Of a stretch of 64,000 nucleotides of DNA, positions 61,390 to 64,000 are shown one piece after another (the stretch's first letter is position 1; each line of letters starts with the position of its first letter). The notes below the pieces were generated by a model. That model ran no database searches, was not told the DNA's origin, and saw only the letters and a list, made by a program, of their open reading frames with translations. The DNA comes from Selaginella moellendorffii (Eukaryota; Plantae; Lycopodiophyta): contig NW_003314275.1 of NCBI RefSeq assembly GCF_000143415.4, forward strand, positions 124,001-188,000, read 5' to 3'. The translations under genes and the position numbers were made by a program.

Positions 61390-64000
61390 TCAAGCCTCCT
61401 CTGATTCAGATTCGGATTGTTCACCTTGAAATAAAATACATTAGAAACTTTGTAAAGGAATATTAATGAATCTCACCTTGAACCCGAGTTATGAATGCTC
61501 TTGCTGCATCTCTTGCATGGTCTGGCAAGGTGATGGTGGCACTCTGCTTCCGCATCCAACCATGCACAACATTATCCACCGATATGCTCATGCTGGGATC
61601 CCTTGGATTCAGCACCCATCTCTTTTCTAGGCAATCCTTCGTATATCCGGAACTTGGCTTGAACCACTCCACAGTTACATTGAAGGAGTTAGTTTCCGCG
61701 TCCTCCTCTGCATCAGTGATGCAGCGCCCCACCCATATCATTTGTTTTTTATTACTGGGTCTGACAAGCACGACCATTCCTTTGCAGACCTGTACTGGAT
61801 TGAATGCTGAATCCGGCTTCTTGTTCCTCGGCCCACAATAGTGATCCTCAACATCGTTATCTGTCACTGCATTTCCAGAGGACATTGTTCCGCTACTATC
61901 TGGTGCTCTGGGTTCTGGCCAAAAGGACTCTTCCAATTCTTCATATACAACCGGCCCATTTTGGATAGCAGATATAATCTTCTCCCAGTATTCGAGCAAA
62001 GGCTTGCACCTCTGAAAATAGGATTCTCCACCAAACACCAACCCCCTCTTCCAGAAGGCAATATGCTGTCTAATCCCGGCCACTATACTTTCCTGGTCTT
62101 TGAGTCCATCCGGGTGCATCGGCCGTGGGGAACCCTAAGGAATCATAGGTTCCCCAGTTATGGGATCTCTCTTGAAGAGTTCAATGCCGTCCACTGGCAG
62201 CCACACTGTGTCCCATTCTCTCATCTTGTACCTCATCACTGGAGCATCGTCACGCATGCTGAAATGAAACTGAAGAGGCTTGGAGTGGCCAATTAGCGTT
62301 TCGGATCCGTCCCTGATGTAGCCTCTTACAAACCCCTTAAAGTCTGGAACCTCTGTCAGAAGTGCAGCTTCAACAGTGCCTTTGATGCAATTTTGGAATT
62401 CATCGTAGAGTTGTGGGAGGGTGAGGACATTGGATCGCCGGAGGGACTCTGCCAGGTGACTGAACATGGCATCGACGTCTTCATGAGTGTGCCCAACCAT
62501 GAGAAAGCCAAGTGTAACCGTTTCAAATATGCCTTTGGCAACAAGCATCGCCAAGTACGCGAAGACGTACATGTTTTTGTTCTCACTGCCAGCATTGTCT
62601 GTTTGGAGCAGAAGATGGGGTGGAAGGCCACATCGGCCGCAAGAACTTCCTTGAGATTCTGCTTCGTTTGGATGAGGCTGTGCATTCACCGGGCGACCAG
62701 CCTCGTCGGAATGGCATGAGGCCTCACGTGATAACCCTACAATCTGACGGCCAACATATTCACTGGGATGGCATGGGGCCCCACGCGATACTGGAAGCCT
62801 TTGCTCCTCCTCCAGCTGAACCCTGTATGGGGTTCGATCGACAAGGGCCTTATGCAAGGGTTGGCCGTTCAGCTCAGTCTGCGCACTTTGCAGAGACCTT
62901 AAGTGTTTTGCTAGGGACGCAATCATCATGTTTGCACCCCCGCCACCCCATAGAGGTACAAAGAAGTTCCCATAGTTCTGGGCACCATGCCCATGAGCGA
63001 TTATGCCAAACAGAGACACAGGCAGCTGCATGGATGAAGAGATTGCCTTGGGGGCAGGATTGAGTCGAGGTAAGCACGTCTTTTTCTGGTCCATTTTGTC
63101 GTGGATGATGCAGAGGTAAGAGTCAGGTCTCTCCATGGAGAGAATCCTGTTATGATAATATGCAGTCCTGCAGCTTCTCTGCTCGATGTTGTGGTCGAGC
63201 CGCCTTCTAACCAACGTCTCTCGCTCTTGAGCGCTGCAAGAATTCTTCGACAAAGCCATTTTGATAGCAGTGCACTCGTCACACTTTGAAAAGCTGGAGT
63301 ACTTTCCTATACTCACATCCTTGAACCTGTTGCTCCACAATCTACTAAATCTAGATTGGCTCAGCTTCCTGTAGCCATTACTCTGGAGTTCCCGATTCAC
63401 ATCTTCCAATATGGCCCCCTTGGTATACATGGAAGGGAGAACTCGTTGGGTGTCTCGTGTTCCATCTTCCAAGAGGCGGGTTTTATGTGGTTGCTGCTCG
63501 CTACATGTCTCGACAAACCTCTTGAAGATTGCCTCTCCATATACAACATGACCCCTGGTTTTGTGCGTACCGTCGTTCCCATGGACTGCCTGTTGAACCC
63601 TTTGTTCCTCGAACTCAATTTTGATTCTGTAGAATGTGGTTCGAGGGACTCCATAAATGATTCTCCATGCCTTCATGCAGACCAAACCCCTCTGGAAGAC
63701 CATGCCCCCCACCTGATGTTCTGAAGCATCAACAGATGACCGTAATGCCTCATACACAAAATTGCAAGCTGCCTTCCAGGACAATGTCTTGTATCTTGCT
63801 CTCTCCTCTTCAATAGCATCCCAATTAGCATGTTGACAGCACCTCCTCTTGCAACAAGCAACTGTCGAGACCATTCGAACCTCCATCGCCATTTTCTGCC
63901 TTTTCGGTTCGTTGCTCAGATCCCTTTGGCTGCGCTTTAGGAAGGTGTACTTTCTTTTCCCATGAAGAGATGTTCTGTCATCAGTTGTACTGGTGTTTGA
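61390..64000 (-). pseudogene. DDE-type DNA transposase (Sola/DUF7869-like) with a C-terminal beta-barrel-like domain; one premature stop; 5' end may lie beyond the window
   Basis: CCKRRC, FSKCDEC, IIHDKMDQKKT, LQTDNAGSENKN, FLMVGHTHEDVDAMFS. ORFs 62135-63892 and 61463-62119 are in one frame, separated by TAG at 62135-62137. The frame is open to 64000. A predicted 52-nt intron 61425-61476 gives the end ..QGEQSESESEEA*. Confidence 0.75.

Overview
Repeat-dense land-plant nuclear DNA. Plant origin is supported by an 18S fragment, a MOT-family fragment and tRNA-iMet primer sites. Introns of ~45-60 nt and Crinkler-like genes suggest a non-seed plant such as a lycophyte (inference). Left two-thirds: nested retroelements, most with visible TSDs. 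These include a truncated Copia interrupted by a 5S-containing Cassandra TRIM, and a TRIM>TRIM>LARD triple nest. There is also a patch of gene fragments (F-box/kelch, kinase-like, molybdate transporter, 3' end of a Crinkler-like paralog) and a Ty3/Gypsy>LARD>full-length LINE nest in which the LINE sits in a tRNA T-loop-like hairpin. Centre-right: a tandem pair of apparently intact genes encoding NLS + coiled-coil + P-loop NTPase + PD-(D/E)xK nuclease (Crinkler CR-NTPase/CR-REase-like). Their amino-acid differences are concentrated in the N-terminal coiled coil, and the second copy has a 611-bp 18S rDNA piece inserted in its 3' flank. Right quarter: a decayed, intron-containing cassette with a Sola/DUF7869-like DDE transposase, two copies of a bacterial-type beta-class N4C/N6A DNA methyltransferase-like gene, two copies of a small orphan ORF and a putative ParB-like gene. 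About 20 copies of a 22-bp palindrome lie in that gene's predicted first intron and upstream region. A second Cassandra and a solo LTR interrupt the cassette. The best candidates for an undescribed system are the transposase/MTase/ParB-like/palindrome cassette and the diversifying NTPase-nuclease tandem.
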